A DNA stretch of 64,000 bases from Candidatus Limnocylindrales bacterium (lineage in GTDB: Bacteria > Chloroflexota > Limnocylindria > Limnocylindrales > CSP1-4), in the NCBI GenBank assembly GCA_038234575.1, contig JBBQTO010000001.1:724-64723 (forward strand). Reading direction: 5' to 3'. Position numbers and translations under genes: made by a program. The notes under the pieces were generated by a model. That model was not told where the DNA came from, searched no databases, and worked only from the letters and a program-made list of their open reading frames with translations. Shown here piece by piece: positions 45,679-55,249 of this stretch. Position 1 is the first letter of the stretch. Each line of letters begins with the position of its first letter.

Positions 45679-47250
45679 GTGCTCGCGACCCTGCTGTCCG
45701 CCACCCTAGTCGCCCTCGATGGCCGCGTGATCCGGGTCGAGGTCGACGTGGCGCCGGGCATGCCCGGCTTCACGATCGTGGGGCTTGCGGACGTCGGGAT
45801 CCGTGAGGCGCGGGAGCGGGTCCGCGGGGCACTGCGCAACGCCGGATTCGTCCACCCGCCGCGGCGGATCACCGTCAACCTCGCACCGGCGGACCTCCCG
45901 AAGACCGGCACCGCAGCGGATCTCGCGATCGCGATCGGGATCCTCGTGGGCTCGGAGCAGTTCACGCCGCGGCCCGGCCGGGCGGCGTTGATCGGCGAGC
46001 TCTCACTCGGCGGGGAGGTGCGGACCGTACCGGGCCTGCTGCCGATGGTGCTGGCCCTCGCCCGCAGAGGCGTGGCACGGATCGTCGTCCCGGCCGATGG
46101 CGCCGCGGAGGCACGGCTCGTCGGTGGAGTCGAGATCCTGCCGGCGGGCTCGATCCCGGAGGCGGTGGACGCCCTCCGCGCTCGTCCCCGCTCATCGCCG
46201 CGGCAGCCGGATCGCGTCGAGCTTGCAGCGGCTGGGGTGGGGGACGCGCCGGCATCCGGCAGCGTGAGTGTCCCGACTCCGAACGACGGCCCGGACCTCG
46301 CGGACGTCCGCGGGCACGCGGAGGCGCGGCGTGCACTCGAGGTCGCGCTGGCCGGTGGCCATGGGCTGCTGCTCATGGGGCCGCCAGGGACCGGCAAGAC
46401 ACTCCTGGCGCGAACAATTCCGAGCCTGCAGCCGGCGCTCGAGGACCACGAGGCCCTGACGGCGACGATCGTCGCCTCGGTGTCCGGGGAAGGTCCGATG
46501 GTCGGGCTCGTCCGGCGCGCGCCGTATCGCGCGCCGCATCACACGAGCTCGTACGCGGCAATGGTGGGCGGCGGCCCAGCCCTGGCCCCGGGCGAGGTCA
46601 CTCGCGCCGACCACGGCGTGCTCTTCCTCGACGAGCTCGCCGAGTTCTCGCGCGACGTCCTGGAGGCGCTCCGCCAGCCGCTCGAGGATGGCCGGGTCAC
46701 GATCGTTCGGGCGCGCGGCGCGGTCACGCTGCCGGCGAGATTCCAACTGGTCGCGGCGATGAATCCGTGCCCCTGCGGACACGCCGGTGGCGACGACGGC
46801 GCATGCGTCTGCCGGCCTGGGGTGGCGGAGAAGTACGTGGGTCGGATCTCCGGGCCGCTTCGCGATCGCATCGATCTGTGGGTAGGAATGCCGCGCATCC
46901 CGGCTCGGGTGATGCTCACGAATGTGGAACCCGAGCCCTCAGCGGCCGTGGCGGCGCGGATCGCGGCAGCCCGGGCACGGCAGCTCGCCCGTCCGGGCCG
47001 GGCGCTGAATGCGCGGATCTCGGGCCGAATGCTCCGCGCGGCGGCGCGGCTCTCGCCGGCGGACCAGGCTCGCCTCGCTGCGATGTCCGAGGTGGAGCGC
47101 CTCTCGGGCCGCGGAACCGAGCGCCTGCTCCGCGTCGCGCGCACCATCGCCGACCTCGCCGAGGCTGATGCGGTGCTTGCGCCGCATCTCGATGAAGCCG
47201 CGCGATGGCGCGCGCCGGCTGCTCGGCCGCTCAACGCCCTGGCGCTCTGA
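45679..47250 (+). CDS. comM: Mg-chelatase-like AAA+ ATPase YifB/ComM
   Basis: N-terminal Lon-protease-like domain (..GLADVGIREARERV..), AAA core [15 protein letters not shown], ..GVLFLDELAEF.., C-terminal Mg-chelatase subunit ChlI domain. Confidence 0.85.
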   Translation: MLATLLSATLVALDGRVIRVEVDVAPGMPGFTIVGLADVGIREARERVRGALRNAGFVHPPRRITVNLAPADLPKTGTAADLAIAIGILVGSEQFTPRPGRAALIGELSLGGEVRTVPGLLPMVLALARRGVARIVVPADGAAEARLVGGVEILPAGSIPEAVDALRARPRSSPRQPDRVELAAAGVGDAPASGSVSVPTPNDGPDLADVRGHAEARRALEVALAGGHGLLLMGPPGTGKTLLARTIPSLQPALEDHEALTATIVASVSGEGPMVGLVRRAPYRAPHHTSSYAAMVGGGPALAPGEVTRADHGVLFLDELAEFSRDVLEALRQPLEDGRVTIVRARGAVTLPARFQLVAAMNPCPCGHAGGDDGACVCRPGVAEKYVGRISGPLRDRIDLWVGMPRIPARVMLTNVEPEPSAAVAARIAAARARQLARPGRALNARISGRMLRAAARLSPADQARLAAMSEVERLSGRGTERLLRVARTIADLAEADAVLAPHLDEAARWRAPAARPLNALAL

Positions 47251-47251
47251 G

Positions 47252-48568
47252 GTGCTGGGCGTGGGTACGGGCCCCGAAGCGACCGACGAAACTCGGTTCG
47301 CCTCGCAGCTCGCATCCGAGGATCGGGCTGCGCTCGCGGTCCTCGTCTCGGTCCAGGGCCTTGGGCCGATCACCCTCGGTCGGCTCCTGGCCGCGATCGG
47401 GTCGCCCGCGGCGATTCTCTCGGTGGCGAACGGCCCGCACGGGCAACGCGCGCTCGTCGCAGCCGGTGTGGATCGAGAGTCCCCATCGCGGTCGATGGCC
47501 GACGCCGTAGCGGAGGCAATCGTCGATGCCGGCCGCCGGCGGCACGAGATTCTCGATGGGATCGCAACGCTGGCCCTCCGGGTCGTCGCCGTTGGGGATC
47601 CCGACTATCCGCCTCGATTGCTGGCGATCGAGATCCCACCAGTGGCGCTGTTCGTGCGCGGCAACATCGGAAGCCTCTCCGCCGACCACTCGGTCGCGGT
47701 CGTCGGCACGAGGCGGCCCACGGAGGCGGGTCGCCGAGTCGCCAGTCGGATCGCTGCGAGCCTCGCGAGGGCTGGAGCCGTGGTCGTGTCGGGTCTCGCC
47801 GTCGGGATCGACGGCGCAGCGCACGCCGCCGTCATCACCGAGCAGTGCCCGACAATCGCGTTCATCGGCAGTGGCCACAACCGCCTCTTTCCCGCGGCGC
47901 ACGACCGGCTCGCCGACGCCATCATCGAGGCCGGCGGCGCGATCGTCTCCGAGTACGCCCCCGACACCGAGCCGACGAAGTGGACCTTCCCCCGGAGGAA
48001 CCGCCTGATCAGTGGTGCCGCCGACGCGGTGGTCATCGTCGAGGCCGGCGCGAAAAGCGGGGCATTGCTCACGGGATCATGGGCTCTCGAGCAGGGCCGG
48101 GATTGCTTCGTGGTGCCCGGTTCGATCGACGCCCAGATGTCGGCGGGCTGCCTCGGATTCCTGCGCGATTGGCCGGGGCTGGTGCGGGTCGTCTCCGGGA
48201 TTCCGCAGCTCCTCGAGGACCTCGGGCTCACGCCCTCGGCTGCCTACGCGACTCCATTACTTCCTTCGACGCCGACGTCGAACGTCCGACTCCCCACGAC
48301 CGACAGCATCCTCGGCGGCCTGGCACCGGATGAACGCGTCGTAGGGTCGGCGCTGCTCGAGGGTGCCGTCATCGTCGACGAGATCGTGGCCGTGACGGGC
48401 CTCTCGGTCGGCGCAGTGCTCGGCGCGCTCACGCGGCTGGAGGCAGCGGGCAAGCTGTCGGCGAGCCATGGGCGGTATCGCCTCGAAGGAGCATGGGCCA
48501 CACGGGCTCCGCGGCGCCTGGCCCGAGCTCCGGAGCCCGCATCGGAACGCGCGACGCCCGCCGCCTGA
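47252..48568 (+). CDS. dprA: DNA-processing protein A (DprA/Smf)
   Basis: GTG 2 bp after the comM stop. N-terminal SAM-like region, Rossmann-like DprA domain (VVGTRRPT..GRRVA..AVVVSGLAVGIDGAAHAAV..GSGHNRLFP), C-terminal winged-helix-like region. ORF 47009..48568 is an over-extension. Confidence 0.85.
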   Translation: MLGVGTGPEATDETRFASQLASEDRAALAVLVSVQGLGPITLGRLLAAIGSPAAILSVANGPHGQRALVAAGVDRESPSRSMADAVAEAIVDAGRRRHEILDGIATLALRVVAVGDPDYPPRLLAIEIPPVALFVRGNIGSLSADHSVAVVGTRRPTEAGRRVASRIAASLARAGAVVVSGLAVGIDGAAHAAVITEQCPTIAFIGSGHNRLFPAAHDRLADAIIEAGGAIVSEYAPDTEPTKWTFPRRNRLISGAADAVVIVEAGAKSGALLTGSWALEQGRDCFVVPGSIDAQMSAGCLGFLRDWPGLVRVVSGIPQLLEDLGLTPSAAYATPLLPSTPTSNVRLPTTDSILGGLAPDERVVGSALLEGAVIVDEIVAVTGLSVGAVLGALTRLEAAGKLSASHGRYRLEGAWATRAPRRLARAPEPASERATPAA

Positions 48569-48594
48569 TTCGAGCGTGTTATGGTCGATGAACG

Positions 48595-48894
48595 ATGTTC
48601 CGAGCCGTGATCCACCCGCTCAATGACCAGCCGATCGTCGTCGACATCGAGGAGATGCCGCTGCCTACGGATATCGCCCTCGTGTGCCGAAACGTGCGGA
48701 CGATTGACGGGAAGCGCCCGAAGTTCATCGATCGCAACGATTCGACCTTCATCTTTCCGTACCTCTCCTTGCGGTTCGTCGAGGTCTACTCGGGCGTCGA
48801 TGCCAGCCTGACCGAACCGGAGGTCGCGGAACCGTCCGAGCCCGACGAGCTTGAGATCGACGAGGACTTCCTCCGACGCGTTCGCGAGGCGTGA
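48595..48894 (+). CDS. Hypothetical protein (99 aa), acidic C-terminus
   Basis: ORF in the 460-bp gap between dprA and topA on the same strand. No recognised motif. Confidence 0.45.
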   Translation: MFRAVIHPLNDQPIVVDIEEMPLPTDIALVCRNVRTIDGKRPKFIDRNDSTFIFPYLSLRFVEVYSGVDASLTEPEVAEPSEPDELEIDEDFLRRVREA

Positions 48895-49025
48895 ACATCC
48901 GCTAAGTCCGACGCGACTCCCGCGCGAAATTGGGTCGCCGCCCTTGGGGCGGCGGTGTCTGAAGCGCCGGAGACTCGTCCCCGCGGTTGACTGGCGGGTG
49001 AGAACCCGTGGCTATACTCCCCCGG

Positions 49026-51440
49026 ATGCCGAAGCACCTGGTGATCGTGGAATCGCCGGCCAAGGCGCGGACGATCGAGCGATATCTCGGTGACGACTAC
49101 CGCGTCCTGGCTTCCTACGGTCACGTCCGCGACCTCCCCGACAACCCCGGCAAGGGCAAGTTCGGCGTCGACGTCGAGCACGGCTTCACGCCCGAGTACG
49201 TCATCTCCGAGGACCGCCGCAAGCAGGTCGACGCCATCGAGAAGGCGGCGAAGACGGCAGACACCGTCTATCTCGCGACCGACCTCGATCGCGAAGGCGA
49301 GGCAATCGCCTGGCACGTGGCCGAAGCAGCCCACGTCCCGGAATCCAAGACCCGGCGGGTCACCTTTTCGGAGATCACCGAGCGGGCGATCAAGGAGGCC
49401 TTTGCCCATCCGCGGGGGATCGACACGAATCTCGTGGACGCGCAGCAGGCGCGGCGCATCGTCGACCGGCTCGTCGGCTACACCCTGAGCCCGCTCCTGT
49501 CGCGGAAGGTGCGCGGCGGTCTGTCCGCGGGGCGGGTCCAGTCCGTTGCCGTGCGGCTCGTCGTCGAGCGCGAGCGCGAGATCGACGGCTTCGTCGCCCG
49601 CGAGTACTGGACGCTCAAGGCGATGCTCGAAACGAAGACCCGTGAGCCGTTCGAGGCCGACCTCGTCCGGATCGACGGCGCGCCGATCGAGGTTGGCGAC
49701 GGGACCGCCGCCGAGCGCCACGCAATCGCGCTCAGGACGCTGAAGCCCAAGGTCGCCTCGATCGCCGTCAAGCGCCAGAAGCGCAGCCCGGCGCCGCCGT
49801 TCACGACCTCGACGCTCCAGCAGGAGGCGAGCCGCAAGCTCTCGTTCAGCCCGAAGCGGACGATGTCGGTGGCCCAGCATCTCTACGAGGGCGTCGACAC
49901 GCCCGACGGCCACGTCGGGTTGATCACGTATATGCGAACCGATTCCGTGGCGATCGCTGGCGAGGCGATGGGGGAGGCCCGCGAGGTGATCCGGGAGCGC
50001 TTCGGCGAGCCGTACACGATGCCGAAGGGCCGGGTCTACAAGACGAAGAGCAAGGGCGCCCAGGAGGCCCACGAGTCGATCCGGCCCACGAGCTTCGCCC
50101 GCGATCCCGAGAGCCTGGCGCAGTTCCTCAAGCCCGAGGAGCTGCGCCTCTACCGCCTGATCTGGCAGCGCTCGCTCGCGAGCCAGATGGAGGCCAAGGA
50201 GCTCGAGACGACCACAGCCGAGCTCGAGGCCGGCCCGTACGGCCTCCGTGCGAGCGCGACCCGGACACTGTTCGACGGCTTCTCGCGCGTCTACACCGAA
50301 GGCCGGGACGAGGCCGACGAGGACGAACGCGAAGGCCGCCTGCCGGCGCTGGCCGAGGGCGATGAGACGGCCGTCACGGACGTTGAGACCACCCAGCACT
50401 TCACGGAGCCGCCACCGCAGTTCACCGAGGCGTCGCTGATCAAGGCGCTCGAGGAACACGGAATCGGCCGACCGTCAACGTACGCCGCGACGATCTCGAC
50501 GATCGTCGACCGCGGCTACGTCCGGATCGAGGAGCGGCGCCTGTTCCCGGAACCGGTGGCGGGAATCGTCACGGACCTCCTCGTCGAGCATTTCGGCGAC
50601 TACGTCGACGTCGAGTTCACGGCGAAGATGGAGGAGGACCTCGACGAGGTCGCAAGCGGCAAGCGCGCCTGGGTGCCGCTGCTCGAGGCGTTCTGGGAGC
50701 CGCTGCGCGATCGGGTCGACGTCAAGCGCAAGGAGCTCAAACGAGCGCAGTTCACGACCGAGGAGACCGACGAGGTCTGCTCGGAGGGCCACCCGATGGT
50801 CATCCGGCTCGGGCGGAACGGGCGCTTCCTCGCCTGCTCGAAGTTCCCCGAGCACAAAGAATCTCGGCCATTGCCCGGCGACGAGGCCCCGCCCCAGGCT
50901 GGTGAAGGCGAGGTGTGCCCGCAGTGCGGCGAGGGGACGCTCGTCGGCAAGACGGGTCGGTTCGGACCGTTCGTGGGTTGCTCTCGGTATCCGGATTGTA
51001 CGTACATCAAGCGCGAGGGTCCGCCGCCGCCGGACCAGCTGCCATTCGAGGTCATCTGCCCCAAGAACGGCGACGGTCACCTCGTCGCGCGTCGAGCCCG
51101 GCGAACCGGCAACGTCTTCTGGGGATGCTCCGCCTATCCGAAGTGTGACTTCACCTCGAACCACGAGCCGATCGGCGCGTTGCACGACCTCGACGACGGC
51201 CCCGTCGCGCGTCGCGCCGACGGCACGACGATCTGCCTCCGCTGCGGCGCGTCGGTCGAGGTGCCGCCCGGCATCGCCCCGGTGGGGGCGGAGCTGCCAG
51301 GCGGACCGCCCGATCCGGCGGCGATCGCACCGGCACGGCGGGGGAGCGGTGGGGCAGCCGGTCGATCTGGCGGCTCCGGGCGCCGAGCAACGACGAAGTC
51401 GCGGCCAGCGAGAACCCGCCGAGCCGCCACCCGAGCGTGA
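49026..51440 (+). CDS. topA: DNA topoisomerase I
   Basis: TOPRIM: LVIVESPAKARTIERYLG, DLDREGEAIAWH. Catalytic Tyr region ..GLITYMRTDS. C-terminal Zn-ribbon repeats (CPQCGEGTL, CSRYPDCTY, CPKNGDG, CSAYPKCDF, CLRCGASV) and a basic Arg/Ser tail. ATG at 49026 (MPKHL) preferred over GTG at 49008. Confidence 0.9.
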   Translation: MPKHLVIVESPAKARTIERYLGDDYRVLASYGHVRDLPDNPGKGKFGVDVEHGFTPEYVISEDRRKQVDAIEKAAKTADTVYLATDLDREGEAIAWHVAEAAHVPESKTRRVTFSEITERAIKEAFAHPRGIDTNLVDAQQARRIVDRLVGYTLSPLLSRKVRGGLSAGRVQSVAVRLVVEREREIDGFVAREYWTLKAMLETKTREPFEADLVRIDGAPIEVGDGTAAERHAIALRTLKPKVASIAVKRQKRSPAPPFTTSTLQQEASRKLSFSPKRTMSVAQHLYEGVDTPDGHVGLITYMRTDSVAIAGEAMGEAREVIRERFGEPYTMPKGRVYKTKSKGAQEAHESIRPTSFARDPESLAQFLKPEELRLYRLIWQRSLASQMEAKELETTTAELEAGPYGLRASATRTLFDGFSRVYTEGRDEADEDEREGRLPALAEGDETAVTDVETTQHFTEPPPQFTEASLIKALEEHGIGRPSTYAATISTIVDRGYVRIEERRLFPEPVAGIVTDLLVEHFGDYVDVEFTAKMEEDLDEVASGKRAWVPLLEAFWEPLRDRVDVKRKELKRAQFTTEETDEVCSEGHPMVIRLGRNGRFLACSKFPEHKESRPLPGDEAPPQAGEGEVCPQCGEGTLVGKTGRFGPFVGCSRYPDCTYIKREGPPPPDQLPFEVICPKNGDGHLVARRARRTGNVFWGCSAYPKCDFTSNHEPIGALHDLDDGPVARRADGTTICLRCGASVEVPPGIAPVGAELPGGPPDPAAIAPARRGSGGAAGRSGGSGRRATTKSRPARTRRAATRA

Positions 51441-51447
51441 ACGCCCG

Positions 51448-52428
51448 ATGACGAGCGGAACCGACGCGCTGGCGCGCTTCCTGCTCACAATCCGGGCGAG
51501 GGATGCCTCGGAGAACACGATCCGGTCGTACGCGACTGCCGTCGGGGCGTACATCGAGTGGCTCGACGCCCGCGACTCCGACTGGCGGGCCCCTGCGAGA
51601 GTCGACCTTCGGGCGTACCTGGCGCGGCTCGTGACGTCGGGCGCGCGGAGCACGGTCAGCCAGCGCCTTGCGGCAATTCGGTCCTTCCATCGCTACGCGG
51701 CCCGCGCCGGCCTGACGCCGGGTGATCCCTGGGGCGGGATCGCGACGCCCCGGATTCCGCGTCGCCTGCCGCGGGTGCTGGAGGTGGAGCAGATCGAGCG
51801 GCTCCTCGATGCGGTCGAATTGCTCGCGCCGAGCGACGGCGCTGCCTCGCCGGTGGCGAGCGCCATTGCGCTGCGCGACCGGGCGATCGTCGAGGTGGCG
51901 TATGCCGCCGGGCTCCGGATCAGCGAGCTCGCGTCGGCGGAGCTCGCGACGCTGGACCTGCGGCGCGGCGAGATCCGTGTGCTCGGCAAGGGCCGAAAGG
52001 AGCGGACGGGCCTGCTCGGACGGCCTGCGATCGCGGCGCTCCGGGCCTACCTCGACGCGGGCCGGCCCGCGCTCCTCGCTCGCCGGCGCGAGCCGGGACC
52101 GGAGCCAGACGTGATCTTCCTGAACCACGAGGGAGCGGCGATCGGCGTGCGTGGCCTCCGCTTCCGGATCGCGCGCCTGTGCCGGGTCGCCGGCCTGCCG
52201 GAGGGCGTGTCGCCTCACACGCTGCGGCACTCGTTCGCCACGCATCTGCTCGACGGCGGGGCGGACCTCCGGGTCGTCCAGGAGCTGCTGGGCCACGAGA
52301 GCCTGGCGACCACCCAGGTCTACACCCACGTCTCGCCCGCGCGACTCCGCGCGGCCTACGTGACCGCGCATCCACGCGCGCGGTCAGCAGTGTCCGCTCC
52401 CAACCCCGCGGTAGACCGGCCGGCGTGA
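51448..52428 (+). CDS. Tyrosine site-specific recombinase, XerC/XerD type
   Basis: N-terminal core-binding domain (FLLTIRARDASENTIRSYATAV). Catalytic R..K..H-x-x-R..H/W..Y: ..AAGLRISELASAEL, HTLRHSFATHLL, GHESLATTQVYTHV. Internal ATG of ORF 50902..52428. XerC versus XerD is not decidable from sequence. Confidence 0.8.
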   Translation: MTSGTDALARFLLTIRARDASENTIRSYATAVGAYIEWLDARDSDWRAPARVDLRAYLARLVTSGARSTVSQRLAAIRSFHRYAARAGLTPGDPWGGIATPRIPRRLPRVLEVEQIERLLDAVELLAPSDGAASPVASAIALRDRAIVEVAYAAGLRISELASAELATLDLRRGEIRVLGKGRKERTGLLGRPAIAALRAYLDAGRPALLARRREPGPEPDVIFLNHEGAAIGVRGLRFRIARLCRVAGLPEGVSPHTLRHSFATHLLDGGADLRVVQELLGHESLATTQVYTHVSPARLRAAYVTAHPRARSAVSAPNPAVDRPA

Positions 52429-54086
52429 GCGAGGACTTCGAGGCAGAAGCCATCGTCGATCCGACGACGCCAGCCGCGGCCCTGCCGCCCAGGACGAGCG
52501 CGGCCACGCTTGCGCGAGCCGGCTTGCTCGTCGCCGCCACCTACCTCGTCGCGCGGGTCCTCGGGTACGTCCGTGTCCTGATCATCGGCACGACGTTCGG
52601 CGCGAGCGCCGATCTCGACGCCTTCTTCGCGGCCTTCCGGATCCCGGACCTGATCTTCCAGCTCGTCGCCGCCGGTGCCGTGGCGTCCGCGCTGGTGCCA
52701 CTGGTCGCCGGCCTCCTCGCAACGGGCGAACAGAAGCGGGCTTGGCGGGTCGTCTCGACCGTGGCGAACTTGATGCTCGTCGCGTTGGCCGTGCTCGCCA
52801 TCGTCGGCTTTCTGGCAGCGGAGCCGCTCGTCGCCGCGATCACGCCGGGGTTCGATGCGGCCGGACTCGCTCGAACCGTGGACCTGACACGAATCATGCT
52901 CGTCGCGCCGATCCTGCTTGCTCTCGGCGCCGTCGCGACCAGCGCCCTCAACGCGGATCGCCGATTCGGCGCTTCCGCAGTCGCCCCGATTCTCTACAAC
53001 CTCGCGATCATCGGCGGCGCCGTCCTCCTCAGCGGCCCGCTCGGCGTCACCGGGCTCGCGATCGGCGTCGTGGTTGGCTCGCTGGGCCACCTCGTCGTGC
53101 AGATTCCGGCGCTGGCCCGGGCCGGATTCCGGTACATGGCGCGCATCGACCTGTCGGACGAGCAGGCCCGGCGCGCGCTCACGCTGATGGGGCCGCGGGT
53201 GATCGGCCTGGGCGTGACCCAGATCACGTTCGTCGTGATGACGTCGCTTGCGTCGAACCTCGGCGAGGGCGCGATCTCGGCATACACGATCGCATTCGCC
53301 CTGCTTCAGATCCCGCTCGGCGTCATCGGGATTCCGCTCGGGATCGTGATCTTTCCGTCGCTGTCGCGCGAGATCGCGATCGGCCGGACGGGCAACTACA
53401 TCGAGCTCCTGACGCGATCGCTCCGCATCCTCATCTTCGTGATGCTGCCGATCACCGCGCTGGCGATGGTCCTGCGCCTCCAGATCGTCGAGCTCCTGCT
53501 CGGCTATGGCCGATTCACGCACGCCGCCGTCCAGCTCACGGCGGATACGCTCCTCCTCTTCATGCTCGGGTTGACGGCGCACAGCGCGATCGGCGTGCTC
53601 GCCCGCGCCTTCTACGCTCGCCAGGACACGCGGACGCCGGTCGCAGCGGCGATCCTCGCCGTGGTCGTGAACGTCTCGCTCGGGGTCTTGCTCGTCGGCC
53701 CGCTCGGCCTTCCGGCCCTTGGGCTGGCGATCGCGACGGCCGCCTGGATCGAGGCGCTCGTGCTGCTCTGGATGCTCCGTCGGCGTGAGCCGGGCTTCGA
53801 TCTCGGGGCGGTCGCCTCCGTCACGGTTCGTGCCGCGATCGGCTCGATCGTCGCGGGCGCCATGGCCCTCGTTGTCCTTGAGGTGAGCGGCCGCCTCGTG
53901 GCTCCGGGCGCCGCCGCCGGAGTGACCTCGCAACCGGGCAAGCTGGTCCTGCTCATCGAGGCCGGGCTGGCCACGATCGCCGGCGTCCTTGCCTACGTCG
54001 GCGTCTCGGTCGCCTTGCGGATACCGGAACTGCCCTCTATCGTCGGAATCATGGTCGACCTGGTCCGTCGCCGCGGCCGACCGTGA
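52425..54086 (+). CDS. murJ: Lipid II flippase MurJ (MviN)
   Basis: 14-TM MOP-superfamily protein with conserved N-terminal ..RVLGYVRVLIIGTTFGASADLDAFFAAFRIPDLIFQLVAAGAVASALVP.. and ..FYARQDTRTPV... GTG overlaps the recombinase stop (GTGA). Confidence 0.85.
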   Translation: MSEDFEAEAIVDPTTPAAALPPRTSAATLARAGLLVAATYLVARVLGYVRVLIIGTTFGASADLDAFFAAFRIPDLIFQLVAAGAVASALVPLVAGLLATGEQKRAWRVVSTVANLMLVALAVLAIVGFLAAEPLVAAITPGFDAAGLARTVDLTRIMLVAPILLALGAVATSALNADRRFGASAVAPILYNLAIIGGAVLLSGPLGVTGLAIGVVVGSLGHLVVQIPALARAGFRYMARIDLSDEQARRALTLMGPRVIGLGVTQITFVVMTSLASNLGEGAISAYTIAFALLQIPLGVIGIPLGIVIFPSLSREIAIGRTGNYIELLTRSLRILIFVMLPITALAMVLRLQIVELLLGYGRFTHAAVQLTADTLLLFMLGLTAHSAIGVLARAFYARQDTRTPVAAAILAVVVNVSLGVLLVGPLGLPALGLAIATAAWIEALVLLWMLRRREPGFDLGAVASVTVRAAIGSIVAGAMALVVLEVSGRLVAPGAAAGVTSQPGKLVLLIEAGLATIAGVLAYVGVSVALRIPELPSIVGIMVDLVRRRGRP

Positions 54087-55249
54087 TCGAGTTCCGCGAC
54101 GCAACCCCGAGCGAGCTCGAAACCTGGGACACGCTCACGGTGCATCCGGCCGGAGGTCACGTCCTCCAGTCCCGGGCGTGGGCCGAGTACCGCACCCGAA
54201 CGGGCTGGCAGCCCCGATTCCTGATCGGCTCGGATGGCTCGGCGGTCCTCGCCCTCCTGCGATTCTGGCCACTGCTCGGCAGCGCCAGCGCGTACGTCTC
54301 CCGCGGTCCGATTCCGAATGGCACCGTCGATGAGCTGGCGGCCCGTCTCGGCGGGGTGACCGAGTGGCTCGCCGACAATGGCGTCGACGTCGTGGCGAGT
54401 GACGCCGAGGTAGCGGCATGGACGGGCTATGGCGATCGCATCGCGGCCCTCGGCTATCGCCCGATCGAGGAGATCCAGCCCTCCCGCCATCGCCTGGTGC
54501 TCAAGCTGGGCAATCGGGTCGACGAGGACACCGCTTTCGGCGAGGTCGCGAAGTCGACTCGACAGCGGATCCACCAGGCCGAACGGCAGGGGATCAAGAC
54601 CGTCCGCTATGACGCCACCGTCGAGGACGACGACCTGGGTCCGGACTTCCTCTCGCGCGAGGGTTCGCCCGAGGGTGCCCTCACCCGCTTCCACGGCTTC
54701 CTCGAGGCGACCGGACGCCGACGCCGCTTCGCCTTGAGCGCCCGGTCCTCGTTCCTGGATTGGAGCCACGTCGCCTATCGGGCGGGGTATCTCGTGCTCC
54801 TGGAGGCCCGCGACCTCGAGGGCGTCCCCTTCGCTGGCCTCGTGCTGTACCGCCATGGCGGCCGGCTGTCGACGGCGTTCTCAGGCGACGAGGCCGGCGC
54901 TCGTGAGCGGCACCCGGGCGTCTTCCACCTCCTCCGCTGGCGGGCGATCCAGATCGCTATCCAGGAGGAGTACCTCGAGATGGACCTCGGCGGCGTCGAC
55001 GTCGCGGGTGCCCGTCATGAGCCCCGGGAGGGCGAGCCGATGTTCGGGCTCTACCAGCACAAGCGGTCGTTCGGCGCCGAGTGGCTCGAGCTCGTTGGGG
55101 CCCACGAACGCGTCCTCCGACCGACGCGCTACCTGCTCGGGCGCGTCGCGGCTCGCGCGCTCGGCCGGTCGCGGCCCGCCCCCGGCGACGAAGCCGCGTC
55201 AGAGGGTCGCGTGGGCAACGACGGCGCCGATCGGGGCTCCGAGGAATGA
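54083..55249 (+). CDS. FemAB-family aminoacyltransferase (peptidoglycan interpeptide-bridge formation), copy 1
   Basis: GNAT-like FemABX fold: ..HVLQSRAWAEYRTRTGWQPRFL.. and C-terminal ..LYRHGGRLSTAFSGDEAGARERHPGVFHLLRWRAIQIAIQEEYLEMDLGGV. GTG overlaps the murJ stop. Confidence 0.75.
   Translation: MIEFRDATPSELETWDTLTVHPAGGHVLQSRAWAEYRTRTGWQPRFLIGSDGSAVLALLRFWPLLGSASAYVSRGPIPNGTVDELAARLGGVTEWLADNGVDVVASDAEVAAWTGYGDRIAALGYRPIEEIQPSRHRLVLKLGNRVDEDTAFGEVAKSTRQRIHQAERQGIKTVRYDATVEDDDLGPDFLSREGSPEGALTRFHGFLEATGRRRRFALSARSSFLDWSHVAYRAGYLVLLEARDLEGVPFAGLVLYRHGGRLSTAFSGDEAGARERHPGVFHLLRWRAIQIAIQEEYLEMDLGGVDVAGARHEPREGEPMFGLYQHKRSFGAEWLELVGAHERVLRPTRYLLGRVAARALGRSRPAPGDEAASEGRVGNDGADRGSEE

Noticed and set aside
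51448-52428. Tyrosine recombinase as a phage/island integrase
   Set aside because: It has the XerC/XerD-type N-terminal core-binding domain, sits in conserved topA-xerC synteny, and is translationally coupled to murJ. There are no flanking phage genes or direct repeats. The only tRNA (34204-34278) is 17 kb away and has no adjacent integrase.
52356-54104. 582-aa minus-strand ORF antisense to murJ
   Set aside because: Extremely Arg/Asp/Glu/His-rich with no hydrophobic segments; antisense of a 14-TM flippase gene.
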